Numbered from the stretch's first letter, positions 1 to 7,417 are shown. The stretch: 15,744 nucleotides of DNA from Verrucomicrobiota bacterium (GCA_045046875.1 JASFYY010000151.1:1-15744); one strand, 5' to 3'. The notes: a model not told the origin generated them from the letters alone. Translations and numbers: made by a program.

Positions 1-86
1 CTCATAATCGATTTCCTTTCCGCTTGTGATTCCCCATCCTATCAGCTCCCGCCTCAAAAACAACCTTTATTTTGCTTGGGGAAGCT

Positions 87-110
87 CCCTTAAAACTCAC
101 CCTTAAAACT
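87..110. repeat. 11-bp direct repeat CCCTTAAAACT x2
   Basis: Exact copies at 87-97 and 100-110, separated by CA. Confidence 0.6.
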
Positions 111-195
111 ATCTATAAATTATGATCCTGATTCAATAGCTGTACGCCATCTGAGAAAACTTGGAACCAAATACCCTGAGGCTTGTGATGAAATC

Positions 196-609
196 ATGAA
201 GTTGTTCAACTCAAAGAAGGCTGGTGTTCGTATCGGGGCAATGTGGTGCTTGGCAGGGGGGACGCCTGAGCAAATAAAAATGGAAGTATTGCGCGCGGCG
301 CTACAAGATCAATCATACCGTGTCCGTCATGATGCCGTCACTCATATTATGATTCTCCGTTGTAGAGAGTTGGTACCGCAACTTGCTGCAGCAATCGATG
401 TGGAATCGTATGAAGATGTGCGCGACTGGATGTCTATTGGCAAAGATTTACTCACTGATGGATATTGCCTTAGAACTGATGTTGAAGGCAAGCAAACTAT
501 ACATGTCTTATGCCGTTCGGGACATGTAAGCACTTACCTATCAAAAAATAAAATAAAAGAGCGAGGCTTACCAAATATCATTGAGCAATGGCGTGAATTT
601 TCCGGTTAA
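196..609 (+). CDS. HEAT/PBS-lyase-like repeat hypothetical protein, possibly 5'-truncated
   Basis: 137-aa ORF with HEAT-like segments (NSKKAGVRIGAMWCL; LRAALQDQSYRVRHDAV). The frame is open upstream to 94 (DPDSIAVRHLRKLGTKYPEACDEI) with no ATG/GTG/TTG, so the true start is uncertain. Region is AT-richer than its neighbours. Confidence 0.5.
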   Translation: MKLFNSKKAGVRIGAMWCLAGGTPEQIKMEVLRAALQDQSYRVRHDAVTHIMILRCRELVPQLAAAIDVESYEDVRDWMSIGKDLLTDGYCLRTDVEGKQTIHVLCRSGHVSTYLSKNKIKERGLPNIIEQWREFSG

Positions 610-715
610 CCTAAAATATCTATATGCCCTAGCATCAGCTATTGTCTTCGCGAGGACTAGCTTCAAGAAATATACAGATCTAAACCGGTTAGGAGATAAT
701 TCTCGCAACCCACGT

Positions 716-2152
716 TCACAGCTCTTTCAACTCGCCTAACATTGCCAATAAATTATCGACGAGGATGACTGAGCTGTCCTCTTCAAATCTGGAGGTTCCT
801 AACCAGGTTTCATAGCCCCCGAGCTTGTGCTGCTTGGGTGCAGGCAAATAACCGTAACTGCCATTCGCCAGTTCGATGGTGAATGTGTGAGCAAAGGGGC
901 TCTTCTCCTTGAGCTCCAATCCTATTTCTACCAGCACTTCAAATGGCATCGAAACAATGGCCTGATCCCCAATACGCACCGCTTGTATGATCACGCTTTC
1001 TGTCCGCTCTTTTTCTGGGCTGGCGTAGGCAATAGTCTGACTCGCCACAGAGCTGGTACGCTTGTTAATGGCATCACGTTCTTTACGTGTAAGCTTCATC
1101 AACTCGATGGCTTTATTCAACTGCTCACTGGTGGGGGTGCGGTATTTCAAAATCACCTCCCGCTGAAGCATCGCCACCTTAGGGTTTTTATCATAGCTCT
1201 CGATTTTTTTCACCGCCCGCCAAGCCGCGTCAGCGGTTTTGCCCGCAACGATTCGAACCTGCTCAAAAGGAGCGCGCCGCGGCCGTTTGCCATAAAAATC
1301 ATAGTTATTGATATCCCCGCTGGTTCCATTGCTTATCATCGCCACAAACTTCTCCGACCGCTTCACCCCACCATAACGAAAGGGCATGATCCGGGCGAAC
1401 TCTCCGTAATAATCGGCTGACGCCATTCCCACCAATCGTCCCCCCTCTTCCTTCACCTTTGGAATACCCCCCACATAGTGCAGTGAGTAGTTGGCTATCA
1501 ATCCAAGCGCACGTCCACGGCGGGTGCGCACATCAACCACACATACCTCAGGATCCGTCGGCCCCGCAGGTTTCAATAGATTCAGCCCGGTATTGGTGCG
1601 CACCTGGTCATACCCCCCCAGCGGATTCCGAACCATGGTGCCAGGTTGCAAAAACCAGCGACGATTAAAAACTTCACTCGGCTCTTCATCAGCAGCGGAA
1701 GCCACCATGGCGGGCTCAAGCGACTCGATCGCTTCGATCAAAGCCTGACTTAATCCCTCGAGACGCAGTTTTTTGTAGGCCTTTCGCTCCGGTGAACTGT
1801 CGTCGCCTTTGGGTGCGGTGTGGGTGTGGGTTCCACTGATCAGCATTTGCTCCGGCTTCCACCCGGTTTTTTTCGCCGCTAACGCTTTGGCTTCGTCCGC
1901 CACTTCACGAGCCACTCCAATAGCGTCCATCAAAGCAATGACAACCCGTCCCTCCCCGTTTTCAAAAGCAAGCGCCCGGACATGCAATGGATCATGCACG
2001 TAATTAGATTTCCCCGAGCGTAGCTGCATCGGAAACGCAGTCGGGGAAATATCAACCGCAGCGGTTCCCGCGCGAAAACCGGCTTGGGCGTGCGCCAAAG
2101 GGGCAGCGCAAATGGTAAATAAGCATAGGACAAAAGTAAGGAATTTGAACAT
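716..2152 (-). CDS. Secreted neutral/alkaline ceramidase N-terminal-domain-like metal-dependent hydrolase
   Basis: Signal peptide (MFKFLTFVLCLFTICAAPLAHA|Q) and family motifs AGTAAVDISP, VHDPLHVRAL, GTHTHTAP, FNRR, NYSLH, SADYYG, GTSGDIN, PFEV, ELANGSYGYLP, GGYE. Confidence 0.85.
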   Translation of the reverse strand: MFKFLTFVLCLFTICAAPLAHAQAGFRAGTAAVDISPTAFPMQLRSGKSNYVHDPLHVRALAFENGEGRVVIALMDAIGVAREVADEAKALAAKKTGWKPEQMLISGTHTHTAPKGDDSSPERKAYKKLRLEGLSQALIEAIESLEPAMVASAADEEPSEVFNRRWFLQPGTMVRNPLGGYDQVRTNTGLNLLKPAGPTDPEVCVVDVRTRRGRALGLIANYSLHYVGGIPKVKEEGGRLVGMASADYYGEFARIMPFRYGGVKRSEKFVAMISNGTSGDINNYDFYGKRPRRAPFEQVRIVAGKTADAAWRAVKKIESYDKNPKVAMLQREVILKYRTPTSEQLNKAIELMKLTRKERDAINKRTSSVASQTIAYASPEKERTESVIIQAVRIGDQAIVSMPFEVLVEIGLELKEKSPFAHTFTIELANGSYGYLPAPKQHKLGGYETWLGTSRFEEDSSVILVDNLLAMLGELKEL

Positions 2153-2378
2153 AGATTAAGTGAACCATCACAACAAAACGATTGCAAGTTCCCCAAGCGC
2201 CCGAAATCCGAAAAGATGAGTCGCATAAGGTTTTTACAATTTCCTCCCAAAATGTATCACTAAACATCGCTTACTCCGCCGCCATATAGGGGGATGGCTC
2301 TACCTCACTGTAGAAGTTCCTATCTGCAAGCACGGTCACCGCCTCCACCAATTAATTCCCAACTCCCATTGCAAGCGG

Positions 2379-2421
2379 CAATTTGTCTTCCATGAGCACA
2401 ATCGCTGTTTTAGACAAATTG
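2379..2421. promoter_or_regulatory. Perfect 10-bp inverted repeat (CAATTTGTCT-N23-AGACAAATTG) in a divergent intergenic region; possible operator
   Basis: Arms at 2379-2388 and 2412-2421. The right arm overlaps a TAGACA (2411-2416)-N17-GATTCT (2434-2439) promoter-like pair. Confidence 0.35.
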
Positions 2422-2661
2422 AAACTAACAAAAGATTCTTGCGATTCATTTTATCATCTTTTTTAACCCACTAGAGCCTCCTGCTTTTCTCAATCTTTAC
2501 CTGCCCCTAAAAACACCCACTCTCCATTATGCCTGCTAAGTATTTGCTTTTTCTCCCCCCTTGCCCTTTGATTACCTAATAGTCGTTAAGAGGGGGCAAT
2601 CGAGCAGAAAAGACAGAGAAAAGCAATCACCTCTCATTCACACCTAATCTACTAATTTATC

Positions 2662-3048
2662 ATGGCGAACGGATTTGAAATCGAAGGAACAGTTCACTTA
2701 ATCAATGAGATTCAGACATTCGACAGCGGATTCACCAAAAGAGAATTCGTTGTTGAGGTACAGGATGGAAAATTCCCTCAAATGCTCAAGTTTGAGTGCT
2801 TGAAAGACAAAACATCCCTGCTCGATGGTCTGAACAAAGGAGATGCCGTTAAGGTGAATTTTGATATTCGTGGCAACGAATACAATAGCAGATTTTACGT
2901 GAATTTGAATGCCTGGAAGATCGAACGAAGTGGAGGTTCTACAGGCACTAGCCCTAGCGAAGAAAGCGGAGGAAATATAGATCAGACTATAAGCGAGCCA
3001 CCAGCTGGGTATGGGCAGCCTGATACGGGTGATGACATTCCATTTTAG
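2662..3048 (+). CDS. DUF3127 domain protein (OB-fold, single-stranded DNA-binding-like)
   Basis: Typical DUF3127 pattern (FEIEG..., [45 protein letters not shown]), then a Gly/Ser/Pro-rich linker and the acidic C-terminus DDIPF. Confidence 0.88.
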   Translation: MANGFEIEGTVHLINEIQTFDSGFTKREFVVEVQDGKFPQMLKFECLKDKTSLLDGLNKGDAVKVNFDIRGNEYNSRFYVNLNAWKIERSGGSTGTSPSEESGGNIDQTISEPPAGYGQPDTGDDIPF

Positions 3049-3150
3049 TGGGATAAATTGATTCGGGTGCTTTGTAATCATCCCCGATCCCCTGCCACCA
3101 CACATCTGTAGTAAAATAAGCATGCGTAACGATGAACCAAGTCCCCTTGA

Positions 3151-3432
3151 ATATTCATCAACGCTGCGTCCGCTTGGGAAATAACAACTAAGGTTCGCAT
3201 AGGAAAACTCCCTGGCGCAGTCGAAGTTGCTGGACGGTTTATTGAAATCGTCAGAGAACAAAATTTCGATCTGCTCTCAATCACTGTAAAACATGCTCAA
3301 TACGCAGGCTCATTTCCAAGACAGCATCGAGATCCGTTTGATCGCATGCTTATCGCGCAAGCCCGCGCAGAATGTATCGCCCTAGTCAGCAACGAGTCGC
3401 TCTTTGTTCAATTTGGCATTCAGCGTATTTAG
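3151..3432 (+). pseudogene. vapC: 5'-truncated VapC/PIN-domain type II toxin remnant
   Basis: Frame +1 reads IFINAASAWEITTKVRIGKLPGAVEVAGRFIEIVREQNFDLLSITVKHAQYAGSFPRQHRDPFDRMLIAQARAECIALVSNESLFVQFGIQRI*. SAWEI..K..GKL and HRDPFDRMLIAQA are hallmark PIN motifs. In-frame stops lie at 3148, 3133 and 3127, there is no start codon, and the N-terminal LLDTH motif is absent. Confidence 0.88.
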
Positions 3433-3488
3433 TGAAAATCACCTCTCAGCTTATGAGGGGTACGGGATCGCGCCACCTCACACAAGCC

Positions 3489-3519
3489 AATCGGCTCAGT
3501 TCCTTGGTGAATCGGCTCA
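3489..3519 (+). promoter_or_regulatory. Direct repeat AATCGGCTCA x2 (21-bp period); candidate activator site
   Basis: Exact 10-mers at 3489-3498 and 3510-3519, ending 25 bp upstream of the putative -35 box. Confidence 0.45.
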
Positions 3520-3544
3520 TAATCCGGGCAAAACAATTCTCCAT

Positions 3545-3573
3545 TTGCCTTTTTTGCCTCTATCTCCGATAAT
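3545..3573 (+). promoter_or_regulatory. Putative sigma70-type promoter for the oxidoreductase cluster
   Basis: TTGCCT (3545-3550)-17 bp-GATAAT (3568-3573), 50 bp upstream of ATG 3624. Confidence 0.55.
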
Positions 3574-3623
3574 TTCTTTCTTTTTAAATTCTCGCTCAAC
3601 TCAAACTTCAATTTTATCAACAC

Positions 3624-4703
3624 ATGGCAACTAAAGTAGGAATCATCGGCGCTGGCGGCATGGTCAGTTATCACATTGACGGCTTCAAAAATGCAGGCGC
3701 GGAAATCATCGCCATCGCCGACATGAACAAAGACGCCGCCCAGGCAGTCGCTGATGCCAACGACATCCCCCAAGTCTTCGGCGATGTCGCGGAAATGCTC
3801 GCCCTGCCGGAACTGGATGCGGTCAGCATCATCGTTCCCAATAAATTTCACGCCCCTATTTCCATCCAGGCTCTCGAAGCCGGCAAACACGTCTTCTGCG
3901 AAAAACCCCCTGCGCTCAACGCCACCGAAGCAGAGGAAATGATTGCTGTTGCACAAAAATCCGGCAAGCGCCTGATGTTCAACTTCAACAACCGCGCCCG
4001 CCCCGAATCCTACGCGATGATGGGTTATCTCAAGGACGGCACCATCGGCACCATCAACTCGGCACAGGCCAAGTGGTGTCGCCGCACCGGTATCCCCGGT
4101 TTTGGCGGATGGTTCACCACCAAAGCCCTCTCTGGCGGTGGCCCGATGATCGACCTGCTACACATGCTCGACCTCGCGTTGTTTTTCATGGGCAACCCGG
4201 AACCAGCTCATGTGCTCGGCCAGACTTTTGATAACTTCATCACCGACAAAGGTTTCAAAGGCCCTTGGGGATTGCCTGACGTCGAAGACGGCACCACCGA
4301 CGTTGAAGCGGCCGCTCACGGATTCATCACTTTCAAAACGGGGCAAACCCTCAGCATCCAGATCTCCTGGGCAGAAATGGTCAAGCGCGAGGAAGTCTCC
4401 GTGGTGTTCCAAGGAACCGGAGCCGGCGGCAAAATCGAACGCCTCTTCGCTCGCGACGGACTCGACGAAACCGCTATCGACTCCTGCGAACTCTATGTGC
4501 AGGAACATGGCAACTCGGTCAACCGTTCGGTGGTCACCGAAGAATGTGAAGACATGGGTCGCATCCGCTCTGCCACCAACTTCATCCTCGCGATCGAAGG
4601 CAAAGAAGAACCGCTCAACACTCCCGACCAGGCTCTGTCACTGATGAAAATCATCGACGCCCTCTACGAAAGCGCCAAAACCGGAGCCCCCGTCAGCTGT
4701 TAA
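3624..4703 (+). CDS. Gfo/Idh/MocA family NAD(P)-dependent oxidoreductase
   Basis: KVGIIGAGGMV Rossmann motif, PNKFHAP, ALEAGKHVFCEKP, RRTGIPGFGGWFTTKALSGGGPMIDLLHMLD; strong codon bias. Confidence 0.95.
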   Translation: MATKVGIIGAGGMVSYHIDGFKNAGAEIIAIADMNKDAAQAVADANDIPQVFGDVAEMLALPELDAVSIIVPNKFHAPISIQALEAGKHVFCEKPPALNATEAEEMIAVAQKSGKRLMFNFNNRARPESYAMMGYLKDGTIGTINSAQAKWCRRTGIPGFGGWFTTKALSGGGPMIDLLHMLDLALFFMGNPEPAHVLGQTFDNFITDKGFKGPWGLPDVEDGTTDVEAAAHGFITFKTGQTLSIQISWAEMVKREEVSVVFQGTGAGGKIERLFARDGLDETAIDSCELYVQEHGNSVNRSVVTEECEDMGRIRSATNFILAIEGKEEPLNTPDQALSLMKIIDALYESAKTGAPVSC

Positions 4704-4707
4704 AAAA

Positions 4708-4735
4708 TTCTACCTTCTCACTCCTAACTTCTAGC
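4708..4735. repeat. Four degenerate heptamer tandem repeats
   Basis: TTCTACC TTCTCAC TCCTAAC TTCTAGC fill most of the 40-bp gap between the two oxidoreductase genes. Confidence 0.6.
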
Positions 4736-4743
4736 TTAAATTC

Positions 4744-5907
4744 ATGAAAAGAAAAATACGCATGGGCATGGTCGGAGGCGGCCGTGGTGGTTTCATCGGG
4801 CAAGTCCACCGCATGGCGGCCAATCTTGATGGCAAAATCGAACTGGTCGCCGGATGTTTTTCCTCTGATCCGGAAAAGTCGCGCATCTCGGGAGAGGATT
4901 ATTTTCTCGATCCGTCGAGAGTGTATGCCAGCTATCAGGAGATGGCAGAAAAAGAAGCTGCCCTGCCTGCAGATCAGCGCATCGATTTCGTCAGCATCGT
5001 GGTGCAGAACAATCTGCACTTTCCGGTAGCCGAGACTTTTCTCAAAGCGGGCATCCACGTCATCTGCGACAAACCAATGACCACCACCCTCGAGTCAGCC
5101 CTCGAACTGCGTGACCTGGTCGATGAAACCGGCCTGATTTTCGGCCTCACCCATAACTACACCGGATACCCGATGGTCAAAGAAGCCCGTCGCATGGTTC
5201 AGGACGGCGAACTCGGTCGCATCGTAAAAATCGTCACCGAATACCCGCAAGGTTATGCTGCTGGCGATATGGAAGGCACCGCCGACAGCCAGATCGCCAA
5301 CTGGCGTGCCGATCCCAAGATCAATGGCATTTCCAACTGCATGGGCGACATCGGCACTCACGCCGAGAACCTCGGTCACTACATCACCGGACTGGAGATC
5401 GACGAACTTTGCGCCGACCTCACTACTTTCATTCCCGGCCGGGTGCTCGACGACGACGGCAATTTGTTGGTGCGTTACAAAGGCGGCGCCAAGGGACTCC
5501 TTTACGCCTCGCAGATTTCCGCTGGAGACGAGAACAATCTTAACATTCGTGTTTACGGCACCAAAGCCTCGCTCGAATGGCATCAGGAGGATCCCAATGA
5601 ATTGATCGTCAAATACTCCCAGGCTCCGAGAAAAATCTACCGCCGTGGCAATGGTTACCTCGGTGCAGCCGCCCAGGCCAACAGCCGCACGCCTTTTGCT
5701 CACCCGGAGGGCTTCATCGAAGCTTTTGCCAATATCTATCTGGCGATCGCTGGAGCGATCAACGACCGCATCGAAGGCACCGAGCCGCCCGCCGAAGGTT
5801 ACGACTTCCCCGATGTCACCGACGGCATCATCGGCCTGGCTTTCATCCAGACTGCCGTCGAAAGCTCGCAGTCAGATGAAAAATGGATCAAATTCCCTGA
5901 ATTTTAA
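4744..5907 (+). CDS. Gfo/Idh/MocA family oxidoreductase (second, distinct subfamily)
   Basis: RMGMVGGGRGGFIGQVHRMAA, HVICDKP, THNYTGYPMV, GDIGTHA, HPEGFIEAFANIY. Confidence 0.95.
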   Translation: MKRKIRMGMVGGGRGGFIGQVHRMAANLDGKIELVAGCFSSDPEKSRISGEDYFLDPSRVYASYQEMAEKEAALPADQRIDFVSIVVQNNLHFPVAETFLKAGIHVICDKPMTTTLESALELRDLVDETGLIFGLTHNYTGYPMVKEARRMVQDGELGRIVKIVTEYPQGYAAGDMEGTADSQIANWRADPKINGISNCMGDIGTHAENLGHYITGLEIDELCADLTTFIPGRVLDDDGNLLVRYKGGAKGLLYASQISAGDENNLNIRVYGTKASLEWHQEDPNELIVKYSQAPRKIYRRGNGYLGAAAQANSRTPFAHPEGFIEAFANIYLAIAGAINDRIEGTEPPAEGYDFPDVTDGIIGLAFIQTAVESSQSDEKWIKFPEF

Positions 5908-5948
5908 ATATCGCGACATATCCACTTTTAATTACAACCTCGATCAAA

Positions 5949-6035
5949 TTAGTGCCGCCCTTTCAGGGCTGAATATTTTCCAATACTATACCCAGGGCGA
6001 TGCCCTGGGCTATCCTATCGCCAGCCCCTTGGGCT
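5949..6035 (-). repeat. REP-like tripartite palindromic unit, left copy
   Basis: Three hairpins: GCCCT-TTC-AGGGC, CCCAGGGC-GAT-GCCCTGGG, AGCCC-CTT-GGGCT. Inverted relative to 6186-6274. Confidence 0.8.
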
Positions 6036-6043
6036 TAAATATC

Positions 6044-6178
6044 ACTGTCCACCGCCCCATTCTCACCCTCCTTCAGATCCCCACTTAACCACACAATCAC
6101 TCTTGCGCGATATCCACAGGTCACAATCTCCCCCGACTGATATCCACTCACATCTTAATCCTACCATCTGATATCCAC
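6044..6178. repeat. Spaced GATATCCAC-motif array, 30-33 bp period
   Basis: Exact GATATCCAC at 6109, 6139 and 6170. Variants GATCCCCAC at 6076 and ACTGTCCAC at 6044, plus CATATCCAC at 5917 outside the element. Confidence 0.65.
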
Positions 6179-6185
6179 ACCTCAT

Positions 6186-6274
6186 AGCCCCACCGGGGCG
6201 ACCCTATAACAGCCCAGGGCATCGCCCTGGGTATACTTCCAAAAATCTCAAAAGCCCTGCAAGGGCGGCACTAA
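6186..6274 (+). repeat. REP-like tripartite palindromic unit, right copy
   Basis: 6211-6235 is the perfect 25-bp reverse complement of 5987-6011. 6253-6274 matches the reverse complement of 5949-5970 at 21/22. Third hairpin is GCCCC-ACC-GGGGC. Confidence 0.8.
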
Positions 6275-6293
6275 CAACCAACCACATAAAACC

Positions 6294-7286
6294 ATGGCAA
6301 GACCTGTAACACTCTTCACCGGCCAATGGGCCGACCTTCCCTGCGAAACCATCATCGAAAAAGCCAAATCCTTTGGTTATGACGGAGTGGAATTCGGCTG
6401 CTGGGGCGACCATTTTGAAATCGATAAAGCCGACGCCGATTACTGTCAGGGCAAACGTGATTTACTGGCCAAACACGACATGAAATGTTACGCCATTTCT
6501 GCCCACCTCGTTGGTCAGGCAGTTTGTGACAACATCGACGAACGCCACGCCCAAATTCTACCCGATTACATCTACGGTGACGGTGATCCCGAAGGCGTGC
6601 GTCAACGCGCTGCCGAAGAACTGAAAAAAACTGCCCGCGCCGCAAAAGAACTGGGCGTGAAAGTTGTCAACGGTTTCACCGGTTCCTCCATCTGGCATCT
6701 ACTCTACTCCTTCCCACCCAACCTGCCCGGGCAAATCGACAAAGGTTACGACGACTTCGCGGAACGCTTTGGTCCGATCATGGACGAGTTCCAAAACAAC
6801 GGCATCAAATTTGGCCTCGAAGTGCACCCCACTGAGATCGCCTTCGACATCGCCTCCGCTGAGCGCGCCCTGTCCGCCATCGGCAACCACCCGGCTTTTG
6901 GATTCAACTACGACCCCAGCCACTTCGGTTATCAAGGTGTTGATTATGTCGAGTTCATCTACCGTTTTGCCGACCGCATCAACCACGTGCACATGAAAGA
7001 CGTCAGTTGGTCCGAACACCCCACCGATGCCGGTGTGTTTGGTGGTCATGTGGACTTCCACAACCACAAACGCTACTGGGACTTCAAATCAGTAGGCCGT
7101 GGTGACATCAACTTCGAAAAAATCATCCGCGCGCTCAACGACGTCAAATACGCTGGACCTCTGTCTGTCGAATGGGAAGACGGCGGCATGGATCGCGAAC
7201 ACGGTGCCGCCGAGTCCTGCGAATTCTGCAAAGACATCGACTTCGCCACCTCGGACATCGTCTTCGACGAACAGTTCGATCGTTAG
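6294..7286 (+). CDS. Xylose-isomerase-like TIM-barrel protein (sugar phosphate isomerase/epimerase, AP_endonuc_2 family)
   Basis: [22 protein letters not shown], metal ligands in FGLEVHP, NYDPSH, HVHMKD and LSVEWED. Confidence 0.92.
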   Translation: MARPVTLFTGQWADLPCETIIEKAKSFGYDGVEFGCWGDHFEIDKADADYCQGKRDLLAKHDMKCYAISAHLVGQAVCDNIDERHAQILPDYIYGDGDPEGVRQRAAEELKKTARAAKELGVKVVNGFTGSSIWHLLYSFPPNLPGQIDKGYDDFAERFGPIMDEFQNNGIKFGLEVHPTEIAFDIASAERALSAIGNHPAFGFNYDPSHFGYQGVDYVEFIYRFADRINHVHMKDVSWSEHPTDAGVFGGHVDFHNHKRYWDFKSVGRGDINFEKIIRALNDVKYAGPLSVEWEDGGMDREHGAAESCEFCKDIDFATSDIVFDEQFDR

Positions 7287-7319
7287 CTTGGAAAAACAAT
7301 AGCCTGACACGCTGGTAAA

Positions 7320-7337
7320 ACAGAACTCCGGTTCTGT
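7320..7337. terminator. Possible terminator hairpin between convergent genes
   Basis: ACAGAAC-TCCG-GTTCTGT, preceded by a short A-run (a U-tract on the - strand). The stem is short. Confidence 0.35.
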
Positions 7338-7417
7338 CATTCAAGTGTGCAGGCTGATTTCTATCCAGCTCTCCTCTATTTTCTTAACGCCTCTCGACCG
7401 TCGGCTTATCGCGCCAA

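Noticed and set aside
1..21. Possible start of a - strand gene (reverse complement GGAAAGGAAATCGATT-ATG-AG) running off the left edge
   Set aside because: Only the ATG and an SD-like sequence are visible, so it cannot be supported without flanking sequence.
638..661. Imperfect hairpin GCTATTGTCTTCGCGAGGACTAGC between convergent genes
   Set aside because: Bulged stem with no clear U-tract; too weak to call a terminator.
2561..2599. Imperfect hairpin TTGCCC...GGGCAA upstream of DUF3127 as a possible riboswitch or ncRNA
   Set aside because: No recognisable riboswitch consensus, and pairing is short and irregular.
3122..3184. ATG-started 20-aa ORF (MRNDEPSPLEYSSTLRPLGK) as a frameshifted vapC N-terminus
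   Set aside because: No resemblance to the PIN N-terminal LLDTH strand and too short to supply it.
2698..3634. ORFs 2698-3261(-), 3078-3284(-), 3372-3572(+), 3404-3634(+)
   Set aside because: They overlap DUF3127, the vapC remnant or the promoter region, show no recognisable motifs, and none resembles an antitoxin.
5645..6088. 147-aa ORF crossing the oxidoreductase end and the left REP-like unit
   Set aside because: Out-of-frame overlap with a well-supported gene; the tail simply translates the repeat.
6044..6178. CRISPR array interpretation of the GATATCCAC repeats
   Set aside because: The repeat is only 9 bp, spacers are mutually similar and compositionally biased, and there are no cas genes or leader.
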